Numbered from the stretch's first letter, positions 11,663 to 23,931 are shown. The stretch: 50,891 bases of DNA from Octopus bimaculoides (GCF_001194135.2 NC_069003.1:27886991-27937881); one strand, 5' to 3'. Numbers and translations are program-made. Notes: generated from the letters alone by a model not told the origin.

Positions 11663-12129
11663 CTTTGATTTACACTCTACAGTTACTAAGAACTTGATAT
11701 GTAATTCTCAATGTTATTGTGGGCTTGTAGTTAGATTTTCTAACAAAGCTTTTAGATGTCATAACTGCAACAAATTCATATATTTTTCTAGATAAATTCT
11801 TTTAGAATCTGCCTTATATGTAATCGTTAAAATATTTCAAACCATTTGACTTTTAGATTATTAGTATTCTCATTCTATAGACAAAGTATAATCTATATTT
11901 TGTCGGAAAATCAGTGTATTTAAATTTTTTTTTGTAACTTAGCCTTGAGTTAGTTCTGATTATTACACCTAATGATCAAAAGTATTCCAGTTGTAAATAT
12001 CCAGATTCTACAGTTAGAATACTTTTGTTTAAAATGTCCTTCTCCATTTAAGATGATCAAGTTTGATTTGCAGAAGATTTGGTTCCTGTTCCTAGCAGGT
12101 TGAGCAACATTTCTGTTTGGTGACAAATA

Positions 12130-12950
12130 TCTTCAATGATCATGCGAAACCATGACAAAGCATTTTTTACTCAGAAGGACACCAACTTCATCAGTGAAGC
12201 TTGAACTTACAATGAAAATTTAACATGACTTAGCCTTAAAATTAATACTAAGGTCAAGCTAGGTATTTTCAGTTGTACATTTTCTCAAGAAAGCCGATCA
12301 TGCATACTCTTGCGTTTATGCATGGGGTGGCACCAGAAAGTGTGCCAGTCAGTACTTCAGTCAATAATGTATTTTATATAGTATATTCAGGCACCAGGTT
12401 TTTATAAGTCCTTTTGACAAGGTACACAGTAATAAAAAGCTGAAAAAAATGCATCACTTGTAATTCTGTTTCTAAAGGCTGTCCAATACCACCTGAGATT
12501 CCTTTTGAATTTCATCTACTCACTCGGCGTTACTATTTCAACTTCTGTTTCATTCAACATGGCTCTTGGGCCCACATCAAGGTGCTGCTACTTGTCAAGA
12601 ACCAGAAAACAAATATAAGAGCAACAAGTTGTATGTCTAGGTTTACCATGAGATTCTCCTGTCAGACTCAACAACTGATTCCATTTATGTGAGAGGGCCA
12701 ACAGATTGTTACAGTGGATGAGTTCACAAAGATTTTTTTTTCACACTTTCAGGCATTTTACTTGTGATTACTTACCTGAACTCTCATCATCTTCAACCAA
12801 CATTCGACCAGCCATGAAACGTCACTCAAAAACTTGTGTTCAGCTTAAAGAATGCTTGGCAAAAGCTTTATAATGCATTTTAAGCACCAAAGTGGCAAAC
12901 TTGCTTCAAGCAATGTTTATCACATGTGTGTGGCTTGAATTTATCAGCCA
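12130..12950 (-). mobile_element. Degenerate mariner transposase remnant
   Basis: The minus strand reads KMHYKAFAKHSLS*TQVFE*RFMAGRMLVEDDESSG, matching the mariner N-terminal HTH region (LSRTQVFEWxxRFKEGRxxVEDDERSGRP). Weaker similarity continues toward about 12130. Confidence 0.7.
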
Positions 12951-12974
12951 TCATAAAAATCACAGAACTTTTCT

Positions 12975-13243
12975 AGAATAACTTTTTATCTTTTACTTAA
13001 TTCAGTCACTAGACTGAAGCCATACTGGGGTACCACTTTGAAGAATTTTTAGTCATATGAATCTATTCTACTGCTTTTTCTTTTTCTTTTTTTTTTCTTG
13101 AAGCCTGATACTCATTCTGTCAGTCTCTTGTCGAACTGCTAAGTTATAGGGATGTAAACACACCAACACCAGTTCTCAAGCAATGATGAACAAACACAAA
13201 CAGTTAGATGCACAGAGATACACACACACATACATGCATGCAT

Positions 13244-13308
<65 letters not shown>

Positions 13309-13460
13309 GAGCTTCTTTCAGTTTCGATCTACCAAATCCACTCACAATGCTTTAGTCAGCCCAAGGCTATAGTAGAAGACATTTGCCCAGGGTGCCATGC
13401 AGTGGAACTGAACCCAGGACCATGTGGTTGGGAAGCAAGCTTCTTACCACACGGCCATGC
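12975..13460 (-). mobile_element. SINE family 1, near full length, with internal (CA)n
   Basis: Reverse complement of the family 1 head (cttcttaccacacggccatgcc) and tail (cagtcactagactgaagccatactgggg). Confidence 0.9.
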
Positions 13461-14011
13461 CTTACAAAATCTCACAAAACATTTGAACAGGGGTTTGATA
13501 TCTTAAAAATGACCAATTATGACCATTTGTTGTATACACATTTCCATTGAACTATATAATCACAGCTGGTGAACTCCTCCAAAAACTTTGATCACATCTC
13601 ATGTGTATATAAATTACACTTGTTTGCACAGTCTAGTTAACTCTAAAGAAAACCAACTGGATGTATCAAGCAAAGTGTGTAATTTTATTGAAATTTAGTA
13701 CTAGGGTATTTATTTAATTACAGTCACTGTATTCTTTAAAACTACCAGAAATTGTAACAAATTAGTGGATGAAAGGAAAAAGAAAATATTTTAACTTAAG
13801 TAATTGGAAACAAGTGTTTTGAAGTATTGTAAGAACTGCTTTGTAAAGGTCATTTGTGTTGCTGGTAAATATTTTAGTTGTATATCTTCATGTTAAGTGA
13901 CATTATAAAATTTCAGATTTTCAATCAAATGATTAAAAACAAAATTTTTATTTGATACTGTTGTGTGTGAGATGTTATGTATGTATATATAAATATACCT
14001 ATATAAATAAA

Positions 14012-14292
14012 TGTAGGGACAAGCAAGTTAGACAGATCATTATATGAAGTTTTACTATATTAATATATGAAATACAAGAAATGTATTTATGTTTACATAC
14101 AAGAAGGTTCGACTTACGCAAAATACAAATGACATAGAAGGGTTAGAGGGGTTGAAGAAATCCTCTATATCATTTGTATTTTGTGTAAGTTGGACCTTTT
14201 TTATGTGTAAACATATATATATATTTTTGTATTTCATGCATTAATATAGTAAAACTTTATATATTGACCTGTCTAACTTGCTTATCCCTACA
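14012..14292. mobile_element. Palindromic MITE-like element with about 130-bp arms
   Basis: tgtagggacaagcaagttagacag... pairs with ...ctgtctaacttgcttatccctaca along nearly the whole length, leaving a loop of about 20 nt. Confidence 0.8.
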
Positions 14293-14634
14293 ATAAATTT
14301 TATGCCTGTTCAAGTTTAATTCTCTTGAGCGCTACTAAGTGTATTCTATACGGAGAACATCTGATTCTCATCTATGAACTATATATATCTATATATATAT
14401 GTGTGTGAATATTTATGTACATGCACAAAAGTGTGCATCTACATGCACTTATTTTTACAACAGATTCAGAAGCTTTCTAACTTAACACTATATACTGCTA
14501 GCTGTGTCTCCTCTGCTCTTGGCTCTCATCTGTTGCTTCAGCACCCTCTAACTTCTTGTAACAGTTAAGCCATTCTTAAGCTCTAGTTAGTTGCTGTCTC
14601 ATCTCTTCCTTTTTTCTATCATGTGACGTTTCAG

Positions 14635-14662
14635 GACTATTACCAGACGACTTAGATGATGT
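14635..14662 (+). CDS. Candidate 28-nt microexon (GLLPDDLDDV)
   Basis: Acceptor ...ttttttctatcatgtgacgtttcag and donor GT|gtaaga. Only one frame is open (phase 1 to 2). Confidence 0.25.
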
Positions 14663-14801
14663 GTAAGATGACCTAAAGGGGAAAAAGGAAGCATAATGCC
14701 AAGCGTAAGTGTCAACAGATGGTTTCTTTCTCATATGGCCTCTGTTTTAAACTAATGTGTATCTACACAAGACTGACCTGTTTCACTCAAATTACCAACA
14801 G

Positions 14802-14831
14802 CAACATGGCATGCAGGTTCCCGTTTTTGAA
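14802..14831 (+). CDS. Candidate 30-nt microexon (NMACRFPFL or QHGMQVPVFE)
   Basis: Branch-like actgac about 27 nt upstream, acceptor ...attaccaacag, donor GAA|gtgagt. Confidence 0.3.
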
Positions 14832-15610
14832 GTGAGTATTGTGAAGTAGGACTTTAATTGCTCATTATAGAAGTGATTATGTTGTTAATGTTGAAAAAAT
14901 TGATAATGTTGTGAAGGTGCTAACGGCCAACACGTGTGATGATGTGACAATATGTTGGACATATCATGAAAAACGGTAATAATGGTTTAATGGTGGTGTT
15001 TGCGATGATATAATATTGCAGTGTTATTGATAGATGGTCTCGATGTTGCTTAGAAATGCACAACTAGCTATAGGCTTGCTTCTTTTTAATATTATATGAA
15101 TATGGAAAATGTATTTCAGTATTGTTTTTTCTGTGCACCCAACAACTTTTAGATGTGACAGATATTTTTGTACACTTATACAGTTGCTTGTATGTGTGTA
15201 CCTAGTTGTGTTTATTGCTTTAATGATAGATGCACATTCTTTTATAAATTGCTTTTTGTAATTGTAAGTCCTTATAAGACATTAATATAGTACTGGGTAA
15301 AGTGAAAAGTTCATCCCTAAATCTTAGGAACCTCTCTTCTTCCTTTATATGGTTAAAAATGTGCATTTTAGTCTTACTTTTGTGTAAATAGCTTTACTAT
15401 TATTTCAATGTATTATTATTGTTCTGACAGTTGACTATTGTGCAAGATATCAGATTCAGTCCCTACATGTGCTTGAGACTTTCTTTTGCAGATTCTATTT
15501 CAAACATTTTAATTATAAAATCCACCCCTCCTTTTTTTTTTTTATCGATTTAAAAATAAAACAAAATTTAGTGTAAGCTAGATTCTGTTGTGTTGCAATT
15601 TTAAAGCCAT

Positions 15611-15855
15611 TTAATCATTGAATATCAGAACTTTTACAGCTGTTATTCATTGGATATCAGAGCTGTTATAACCCTTAATCATTGGATATCAGAGCTGTTA
15701 TAACCCTTAATCATTGGATATCAAACCCATTATAACCCATAACCATTTGATATCAGATCTTTATAGCCCTTACTCAATGGATATTAAAACTTTTACAGCC
15801 TTTGTTCATTGGATATTAGACCTATTATAGCCTTTAATCATTGGATATCAGGCTC
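15611..15855. repeat. 32-bp minisatellite, about 7-8 diverged copies
   Basis: Unit ttaatcattggatatcagagctgttataaccc, with two adjacent near-identical copies and diverged flanking copies. Confidence 0.9.
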
Positions 15856-15958
15856 GTTTCTTAGTGCGTCTGTTAATGAGAAAATACCATTTCCATTTTA
15901 GATTTTTTAATTTATTTATAAAGCTTTCTACATAGCTGTATATAGTTATATCTTATAG

Positions 15959-15982
15959 GTTCTTTGTTGTAAACAAAATCAG
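15959..15982 (+). CDS. Candidate 24-nt microexon (FFVVNKI or VLCCKQNQ)
   Basis: Acceptor ttatatcttatag and strong donor CAG|gtaagc. Length is a multiple of 3. Confidence 0.35.
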
Positions 15983-16074
15983 GTAAGCTTACAATCAGTT
16001 TTTCTAGCTATATGAAGTTATAGCTGTACATGTTCATGATGCTGAAAATACTTAATAATAATAATTATTATCAT

Positions 16075-16230
16075 TCTGATTAAGTTTTAGATTGACATCA
16101 GGAAGGACATCCAACCATAAAAACCATGCCAAAGCAGATAGTAGAGCCCGGTATAGTTCTCTGGCTTGCCAGCTCCTGTTAGACTGTCCAACCCATGCCA
16201 GCATGGAAAGTGGATGTTAAATGATGATGA
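16075..16230 (+). mobile_element. RTE LINE 3' UTR fragment ending in (TGA)n
   Basis: caggaaggacatccaaccataaaaaccatgcc...ccaacccatgccagcatggaaagtggatgttaaatgatgatga, homologous to the 3' end at 30677-30870 (reverse strand). Confidence 0.8.
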
Positions 16231-16745
16231 GGATTTAGAAAGTTGTTCATTAATTTATTACAACAGAAATTTTATAGAACTAGTATATTGGAGATTTCCC
16301 TATTTTACATAGAGAATGAATTAATATATCAATCAAATCAACAAGAAGCCTCTACACTGTTACTTGATTTGCTAGAAATAGTAGCCCAATCTCTTTCAGA
16401 TCATACCCTCCTGTCTTAAAACATTTAATACTACTTTGCCTTAGATTGCTGCTTGTTCTATGTTACAGAACCTTACATTTCAATATGTTCATATTTAAAT
16501 TTAAAAACCATCATAATTTAATATAAGAATCATTTAAGTTTTAAACACTGACTGAATTATAAATATGATTAATTTATTAAAACCATTACAATTCTTGATT
16601 ATTTTTTAAAGTTGTTTTTTATAATTAGAAATACAGTTACAAAAATTATTTTATATATAAAAAAAGAAACATTTAATAATATAGTTCTGAATTCTTTATG
16701 TCTGCAAAAAATGTAAAAGATTAAAATACACCGGCTTCAATACCT

Positions 16746-16965
16746 GTAACCTTTTAGCATTCAGTTTACTCTGTCAATCATAATGCTTATTTATTCAAAT
16801 TGTTTTGAATTAATTATTTTGTGGCTTTGAGATTTCAATGATGTAATTGTTTATTTTTAGAATGACATTTTAGGGTAGCTGTGAGAGGTCAGATCTGGTC
16901 AATTTGAACAGAAACAAGTAGAATATTTAGGCCAGATATTGCTGCTTTAAATGCTAAAGGGTTAA
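16746..16965 (+). mobile_element. piggyBac-type MITE family A
   Basis: (g)taaccttttagcattcag...aaatgctaaagggttaa, with TTAA-type ends. Confidence 0.8.
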
Positions 16966-17559
16966 ATATGTGTCTGCATAATAAGCGGTAACCTTGTATT
17001 GAATGACAGCAATGACTATTAACGAGTCCATAAATTGATCCATGATAAATCTATTTACACTAACATCAAACTGTGTGGCATTATTACTAGTCTTTATTAC
17101 TTCAATTATTTATATTAGCTACTCACCACTCATCAAGCATAATTATTTATATTATGTAGATACCAAGTCACAAAGCTCTAAATCTGACACAAAAATGACC
17201 AACTGATAGAAATCTTAACAACCACCACAGTCTGAATCAATGAATTATTGTAGATTATCCAAGAGTTAGCATACATATGGTCTTACTGGTCTATTCCATT
17301 AGCATAGTCAAAGTCTTTCATTTTCTTAGTCGGGGAGAAACATGTCTAACTCACCAGTCTGCAATCTTATGGTGTTTTATATGATGAAGATATGAAGATG
17401 TACAAAACTGCTGTTTCTGTATCATTAACTGGAATCATCTTCCTGGATTTCTGCAACTAAAGAAACGGTTTTTACATCTCAAGTCCTTACTTTCACTTCA
17501 ACGATCCTCACTTACACCTCGTCAGTCATTACATCTACATCTTCATTCCTTACCTCCAC

Positions 17560-18240
17560 TTCATCAGCTTTTACTTCCACTATTTTAAACTTTGCCTCCA
17601 CTCTGTCCATACCTCTCTCCTCCACTCTCTTCATACCTCTCTCCTCCACTCTTTCCCTGCCTCTCACCTCCACTCTCTCTGTACCTCTCACCTCCATTCT
17701 CTCCATGCTTCTCACCCACACTCTCTCCATGCTTCTCACCCACACTCTCTCCATGCTTCTCCCCTCCACCCTCTCCATGCCTCTCGTCTCCACTCTCCTC
17801 ATTCCTCTCACCTCCGCTTTCCTCATTCCTCTCGCTTCCACTCATTCTTCTTGCCTCCACTCCTCATTTTTATCACCACCTCTCCTCATACCCCTCACCT
17901 CCACCCCCCTCATTCCTCTCACCTCCACTCTCCTCATACCCCTCACCTCCACTCTCCTCATTCCTCTTGCTTCCACTCCTCATTCTTCTTGCCTCCACTC
18001 ATTTTTATCACCACCTCTCCTCATACCCCTTGCCTCCACTCTCCTCACACCCCTCACCTCCACTCTCCTCACACCCCTCGCCTTCACTCTCCTCACACCC
18101 CTCGCCTCCACTCTCCTCATACCCCTCGCCTCCATTCTCCTCTTACTCCTCGTCTCCACTCTCCTCATACCTCCACTCTCTTCCTCCATTGCCTCCACTT
18201 TAGACATGCCCTCCAATCTCTTCAGCCCTTCCCTTCACTA
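17560..18240. repeat. 24-bp C/T-rich minisatellite with a higher-order duplication
   Basis: Unit about cctccactctcctcacacccctcg (8-codon periodicity, RRVEARGV on the minus strand). The marker tttttatcaccacc recurs about 135 bp apart (about 17867 and 18002). Confidence 0.9.
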
Positions 18241-18689
18241 CCTTCAGATCAAATCTATGATTTCATTCTTTTGTTGTTGGCCAAGACTTCAATCATATAG
18301 GTCACTGATGCTTTTGTTTATATTCCATTACAAATATATTAATAAATTATAAGATGCAGAAGGAGATATTGCAATGCATTGTGGGAATTACTATCTAATG
18401 GTTGGTAGTTCTGCTAATATCACTAGTAAATACTTTAGTGAGATATCAATGATCTGAATTATCTCTTTTCTCATAATAGCTAGCAGTTTTAGTTCTTCTA
18501 GCAACACTGCCATTATACTCTACAATAGTGCAATATAACGCTCTTTGTTGCTTATTAGGAATTCAACCTAATTGGTTTTATCTTGAAGTTATTATTTTAT
18601 GGAAATTATTTCTTCTCTATCTATTTATTGTTGTTGAAATGGCATTTCACTGCATCTTAATAGGAATGATATTATTGTTGTTAATATTA

Positions 18690-19135
18690 CTTTCACTGCT
18701 GAGGGTTGTGAGCTTGGAGAAAAAGTGCTAAGTGGCATTTCGTTTGTCTTTACATTCTGAGTTCAAATTCTGCCAAAGTCCACTTTTCCTTTTGTTCTTT
18801 CAAGGTCAAGAAAATAGCAGTTAAACACTGGGGTTGGTGTAATAGACTTATCCCTCCTTCGAAATTGCTGGTCCTGTGCCAAAATTTGAAATCTGTTTTG
18901 TAATGCTGTAAGGCGACAAAGCTGGCAGAATCATTAGCATGCTAGGCAAAATGCTTAGAGGCATTTCACCAATTTTCATGTTCTGAGTTCAAATTCCACT
19001 GAGGGCGATTATGCCTTTCATCCTTTCAGGGTCGATAAGATTAGTACCAGTTGAACACTGGGGTTGATGTAATCAGTTTATACCCTCCTTTACTTTGAAA
19101 ATTGCTGGTCTTTTACCAAAATTTGAAACCAATAT
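18690..19135 (+). mobile_element. Two tandem copies of SINE family 2
   Basis: Copies at about 18690-18892 and 18907-19135, each with ctgagttcaaatt and an aaattgctggtc...aaaatttgaaa end. Confidence 0.85.
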
Positions 19136-19970
19136 TAGTTCATTACTAGAACATTTTTTAGCATTTCCTATTAAAATCTGTGATATTTACTGTTGTCAAG
19201 AACTATCAAATGTTGAGTATTTATGGTTTGATATTGTATAAATGGTATATAGTTGTTAGCTGATGTGGTTTCAAATACTGTTATAGTTTTATACATTGCA
19301 AACATGTAAAGTGTAAAGAAACAGGACTCTACTCCCATTCCTTCCAGGCATAGTGAACAGAGAAGGTGAATTGATGGAAATTTCATCTGTCATCAGGAGA
19401 AGGATTTCCTGGCATTTCAGACCAAATCCTGTTTTGGAGAAATTGGAAAGCCTTCTTCAGCTTTAATAGTCAAATGATTCAAAAAATACTTTTCTCTTTC
19501 TTAAACAAAATGTTCATTTTGAAGCCTCAAGGAATCATCCCCCAACATCATATAAACCTTTAAAAAAAAATATTATGCATTAAAAGTAGCTTAATGTGAT
19601 TTGTCATGAAGGTAATAAATAAATATTCTACATGTTTGCAATATTTAAACAACTGTTCCTGTATCAATTTAGTTGTACAATATATTTTCTGTGTTGAACG
19701 AGGACATGTCTGATATCATTGTGCATGGCTGACTAAAATCAAGTATGAATTAAATATTAGTTCAAACCATTATTAGTGAGTTAATGTATAGGAAAATAGT
19801 GCTCTTTTCTGAAGTAATATATCATGCTTACATTATGAATGTCCATTTAACAAAGACATTTGCATGATTTGTTTCATCTTTGAGAGTCCAATGCATGGAT
19901 TGAGCAAATGTTTGACTTTTGTAAATTATTGTATGGTTTCCATAGTGATTAGGAATGCTTTCTCTTGTAG

Positions 19971-19999
19971 TGCACTCGTCTTTGACTGGTCATTGTTGG
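19971..19999 (+). CDS. Candidate 29-nt microexon (ALVFDWSLL)
   Basis: Acceptor tgctttctcttgtag and donor TGG|gtaagg. Frame-compatible (phase 2 to 1) with the upstream candidates. Confidence 0.3.
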
Positions 20000-21632
20000 G
20001 TAAGGCCAGTTGAATCATTCAGCTATGAACTCTTTATTAAAAGTTGTCCTTTATATTGCAAACACAATTTATCTTTATAATTAGTTGAAGTTTCCACTAT
20101 AATGATTACTAGAATAGGTGTATTTATCTCGGAGGTGTACTTGACATGCAAGTGACTTGATTTGAAACTGTGTTGAAACTAAAAGGATAGCAGCATAGAA
20201 CATACATATTAGCCATTCATAAACACAAAGACTGTTAACATTAATTAAACATTATTTATTAGGCGTCAAAGTTTTCATTGCATGAACTGCAACCTGGTCA
20301 CAGAGCTGCAGTGTCATTTTGATGTCATATAACAAATAGTAAATGTTTATATGAAGTTAACAGTTTTTGAATGGCTAATGCATGTTTGAGCTGAAATACT
20401 TAAATACAGCAAGGAAGACAAGATTAAATCATATGACTGGTTCCCTACTAGTTTATTACAGTGGCCTATGCTTCTAAGATGTGGTTGGGCTTGTACTACC
20501 TCTTCTCAAATGCTCCCAAGTCACTCATGTTTCCTCTTCTAATCACTCACTGTTACTCCTCTGTTAGGTCTTGCATGAAGTAAATACTCTTCCTGGTGTT
20601 TCTTTCTCACTGGAATTCCTGTTCTACTCATGATTTCCTTGAATCTGTCTACTTGTGAAATATTAACCACATCGATTTCATTTGTCTTATTGGTCCTGCA
20701 AATGCCATGACAAAGATGTTTCTTTCAGACAAAATTAAGAGGAACTAAAATACCATTTCCTTACCATACCTAATTCTTCATCATTTTGACTGACACTGTA
20801 AGTTTTTAATTTCATAGATACAAACAGTATGAAAGCCACCGTAATGTAGTAAGGAAACTACTAATATGCAATATCTGCAAAAATGTTTCAGTATGTTTAT
20901 ATATGTGAACAATGTAATTTATATGAAGAGAGAGATAACAGTCAATAAACCCCACCCACATTCAAAAAAGAAAAAGTGGGGAAATATTATATATTTTAAA
21001 TAACGCAAGATATCTGGTAGATATTGTAAAATTAACTTATTTGATGAAACATTTTTATTTGAAATTTCAACTAATTACAGCAATAAGTTGTGGCTGCAAT
21101 AAAAAGTAGCAAGATAGCATTTTGTTTTGTTTAGAGTCTTGCTCAAAATTGGTTTTTGTATAGTGCCAAAGAATAAGGGTGAATGATATTAATGCTTAAT
21201 ATATTGATTTATGGGGTGTTGTTAGCGACTCTGAAAGAATGGAGAGGAAAAACTGAAGATTTAAAATTATTAGTTCAAATTACTATAAGCCCGATAAAAT
21301 ATGTACATATAATAAGCTGAGTAGATAATATGGAAAGTCTTTACTCTTTTGTCTTTAACCTAAGAAAATCAGTACAGTTGTGTTGTTTGACTTGATAAGT
21401 TTCCAAGTAATGTACTGTCAGGCAAATTTATTATTCCATCACTAGTGGAGGATTATGTAAGACTGGAAAGTTTTAGCAAGGAAGTAAAATAGAAGTCACA
21501 TAAATAATAGTGGAGAAAAGATTCTTCTTCCAATGTATCTTTAAACTATTTACGGAAAAATAAATTTTTGAGTTTCATTTAGGATAATTAAGATATAAAA
21601 CAAAAGTGACTTCATTTTGATTCTTCAGGAAT

Positions 21633-22020
21633 AGGCACAAGTGTGGATGTGTGGTAAGAAGTTTGCTTCCCAGCCACATAGTTCCTAGTTCAATCCTACC
21701 GTGTGGCTCCTTAGACAAGTGAGTTCTACTATAGCCTCGGACCAACCAAAGCCTTGTGAGGGGATTTGGTAGATGGAAACTGAAAGAAGTCCATTATGTG
21801 TGTGTTTGTGCTTCTGTTTGTCTCCCACCACCACTTGTCAACTGGTGTCAGTGAATTTATATTCCCATACCCTAGCAGTTTGGCAAAAGAGATCGATAGA
21901 ATAAGTACCAGGCTTTAAAAATGAAATAAGTGCTGGAATCGATTCATTCAACTAAAAACCCTTCAAGGTAGTGCTCCAGCATGGCCACAGTCTAATGACT
22001 GAAGCATGTAATGGATAAAA
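21633..22020 (+). mobile_element. SINE family 1, near full length
   Basis: Head gcacaagtgtggatgtgtggtaagaagtttgcttccc through tail ccagcatggccacagtctaatgactgaa. Confidence 0.9.
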
Positions 22021-22684
22021 GATAATAAAAAAAATAGTCTAACTGAATATTAATGGTTTAACAGATTATTAGGTTCAGACCAGGTGAGGCAGTTAGAATG
22101 TTCCTTCACTATCAGGATCAATATTCTTGACAGATTTTCTTCTATATTAACTCCAGGTTAAGCAATGACTCGGTAACATATAAGTGGAATATTTTACAAG
22201 GAAACTAAGGAGCCAGTCATCTGTACATACATGTGTGTGTGTGTGTGTGTGTGAATGTATGTGTAAATATGATTGGATGGTTATGTAGTGTGCATATATG
22301 TATGAATAAAGATGTGTATACATGTGTGTGCGTATATATATATATATATATATATGTGGCTATACTCACACACTTTTATATTTATGTAAGTTTATATGTA
22401 TATGCATGCATGAATCAAGGACACATGAATATATCTATCTATTTATCTATCTATATAAATATGTGTGTATGGGTATGTACATAAGCATGTGTATGCAGCT
22501 GTTTAGTTTTGTTTCTTGATTTCTAACCAATGGAAAAGGAGAGCCAGTTTCAAACCAAGATCCAAGGCTTCTTCATTAGAGTTTCAACAACATAGACATG
22601 TTAGATGTGCATGTTTGTGTGCATGTACAAGTATTTGGCATCAGTATATGTGCAGATCTGTATGTTTTGTTTTATGTACGTGTT

Positions 22685-22743
<59 letters not shown>

Positions 22744-23044
22744 GCAATTCTAAACATATCCATATGAACCTATATGCTAAACTTATGGCCAGTTTTACAC
22801 GTATAATATATATATGTATACTATGTGTCTATGTATGTATATATATATATATATGGGGTAGCTGATGAAGGAAAATGTTTTCTATGTGGCTTGCGTGTTT
22901 TCTGTACTCTGGTTATTATTATTTTCTTGTCTACGTTTTGTTTTCAATGTCCTGTACCCAGACATGCACCTATATATACAGGTAGACGTAGGTATGCACA
23001 TACCTGTACGTATATATATGCATATACTCATTTATTATTTGTTT

Positions 23045-23076
<32 letters not shown>

Positions 23077-23312
23077 CTTCTAATATAAGGATAAAATTTT
23101 TCAAAAATAATTTTCAGTGGCCAGCATATTAACTTACCTTTTAAGGTGAAAATTATACACAATTATAAATAAGGGCAAAAGAAAAAAAGTTTTCTATACC
23201 AATATGCTGAAAAATAAACTTTAGATCATCTAACCACATAGAATATTTCTCACTATAAATACACAGCATGTTGAAACAAGGAAAGCAAGCCAACAGAAAA
23301 TTTTAAAATTCT

Positions 23313-23931
23313 GTTGGAAAAATAAGGATGCATGAGAATTGGGAGTTGTGTTAGGTTTAAAAAAAGGGTTAAAAGTTTGTGTTAAGCAGGAAGTGTGGTG
23401 TCAAAACAGAAAGTGTGTGTAAGGGGAGACAAATGTTTTTAGTTCCTGTTGAAAAAGAGTTCATAACTCCAACTAAAAAGATTTGTCTCCCTTTACACAC
23501 ACTTCCTGTTTTGACACCACACTTCCTACTTAACACAAACTTTTAGCCCCTTTTCTCTTTTTTTAAACCTAACACAACTCTCAATCCTCATGCATCCTTA
23601 TTTCTCCAACCATTATATACATGGATTACCATTGAACTTTAAAAGCTCAAAGACAATATAATGNNNNNNNNNNACATGGATTACCATTGAACTTTAAAAG
23701 CTCAAAGACAATATAATGTATTGGTATATTTATTTTTTATATATTATTTTCTTCATTTTGTACTTCTTTGTAAAAAACATTTTCATTCTCCTTCTTGAAA
23801 ATTTGCTTTGCAATGAAAGCTGGTTAGAAATCTTTATTAAAATATGCTTCCAGTTTAGCATTCTGCCTTATTCTTCATTTTCCTATTATTTCTCCACTTG
23901 CGGTTAACACAACCTCACTATTTACTGACTT
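23313..23931. mobile_element. Long palindromic element, copy 2 (centre resolved, left arm truncated)
   Basis: 23313-23444 pairs with about 23471-23612, with a 26-nt loop at 23445-23470. The right arm matches 11298-11627 and ends in (TA)n. Confidence 0.85.

Noticed and set aside
12777-12850. Apparent minus-strand first exon MAGRMLVEDDESSG with a perfect CAG|gtaagt donor
   Set aside because: The peptide is part of a mariner transposase N-terminus (TQVFE*RFMAGRMLVEDDESSG, like EGRxxVEDDERSGRP). The donor is incidental.
14673-14777. Apparent 105-nt minus-strand intron (CAG|gtcagt ... cccctttag)
   Set aside because: The flanking frames hit stops quickly, the upstream exon has no credible acceptor, and the donor is the complement of a + strand branch-like actgac. 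It could only be a UTR or lncRNA intron; unsupported.
15611-15855. CRISPR-like look of the 32-bp repeat
   Set aside because: The units are contiguous with no unique spacers, the context is eukaryotic, and there are no cas genes.
17592-18352. Long + strand ORFs (203, 215, 149 aa; Ser/Pro/Leu-rich, mucin- or extensin-like)
   Set aside because: The C/T-rich strand of a minisatellite lacks stop codons by composition, and all three frames are open, as expected for an artefact.
22233-23088. Many YI/CV/HT-repeat ORFs throughout the window (for example 8493, 10373, 13139, 34669, 35876, 49379, 50142)
   Set aside because: They are translations of (TA)n, (TG)n and (CA)n microsatellites and SINE bodies.
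23138-23206. 69-nt minus-strand exon with strong sites (ttttcag ... AAG|gtaagt)
   Set aside because: All three frames contain stops, so it is not a coding exon. A UTR or lncRNA exon cannot be excluded, but nothing else supports it.
23620-23715. Direct duplication across a 10-N gap (also 31900-31951)
   Set aside because: Identical sequence on both sides of a nominal 10-N gap is a typical unmerged contig overlap, an assembly artefact.
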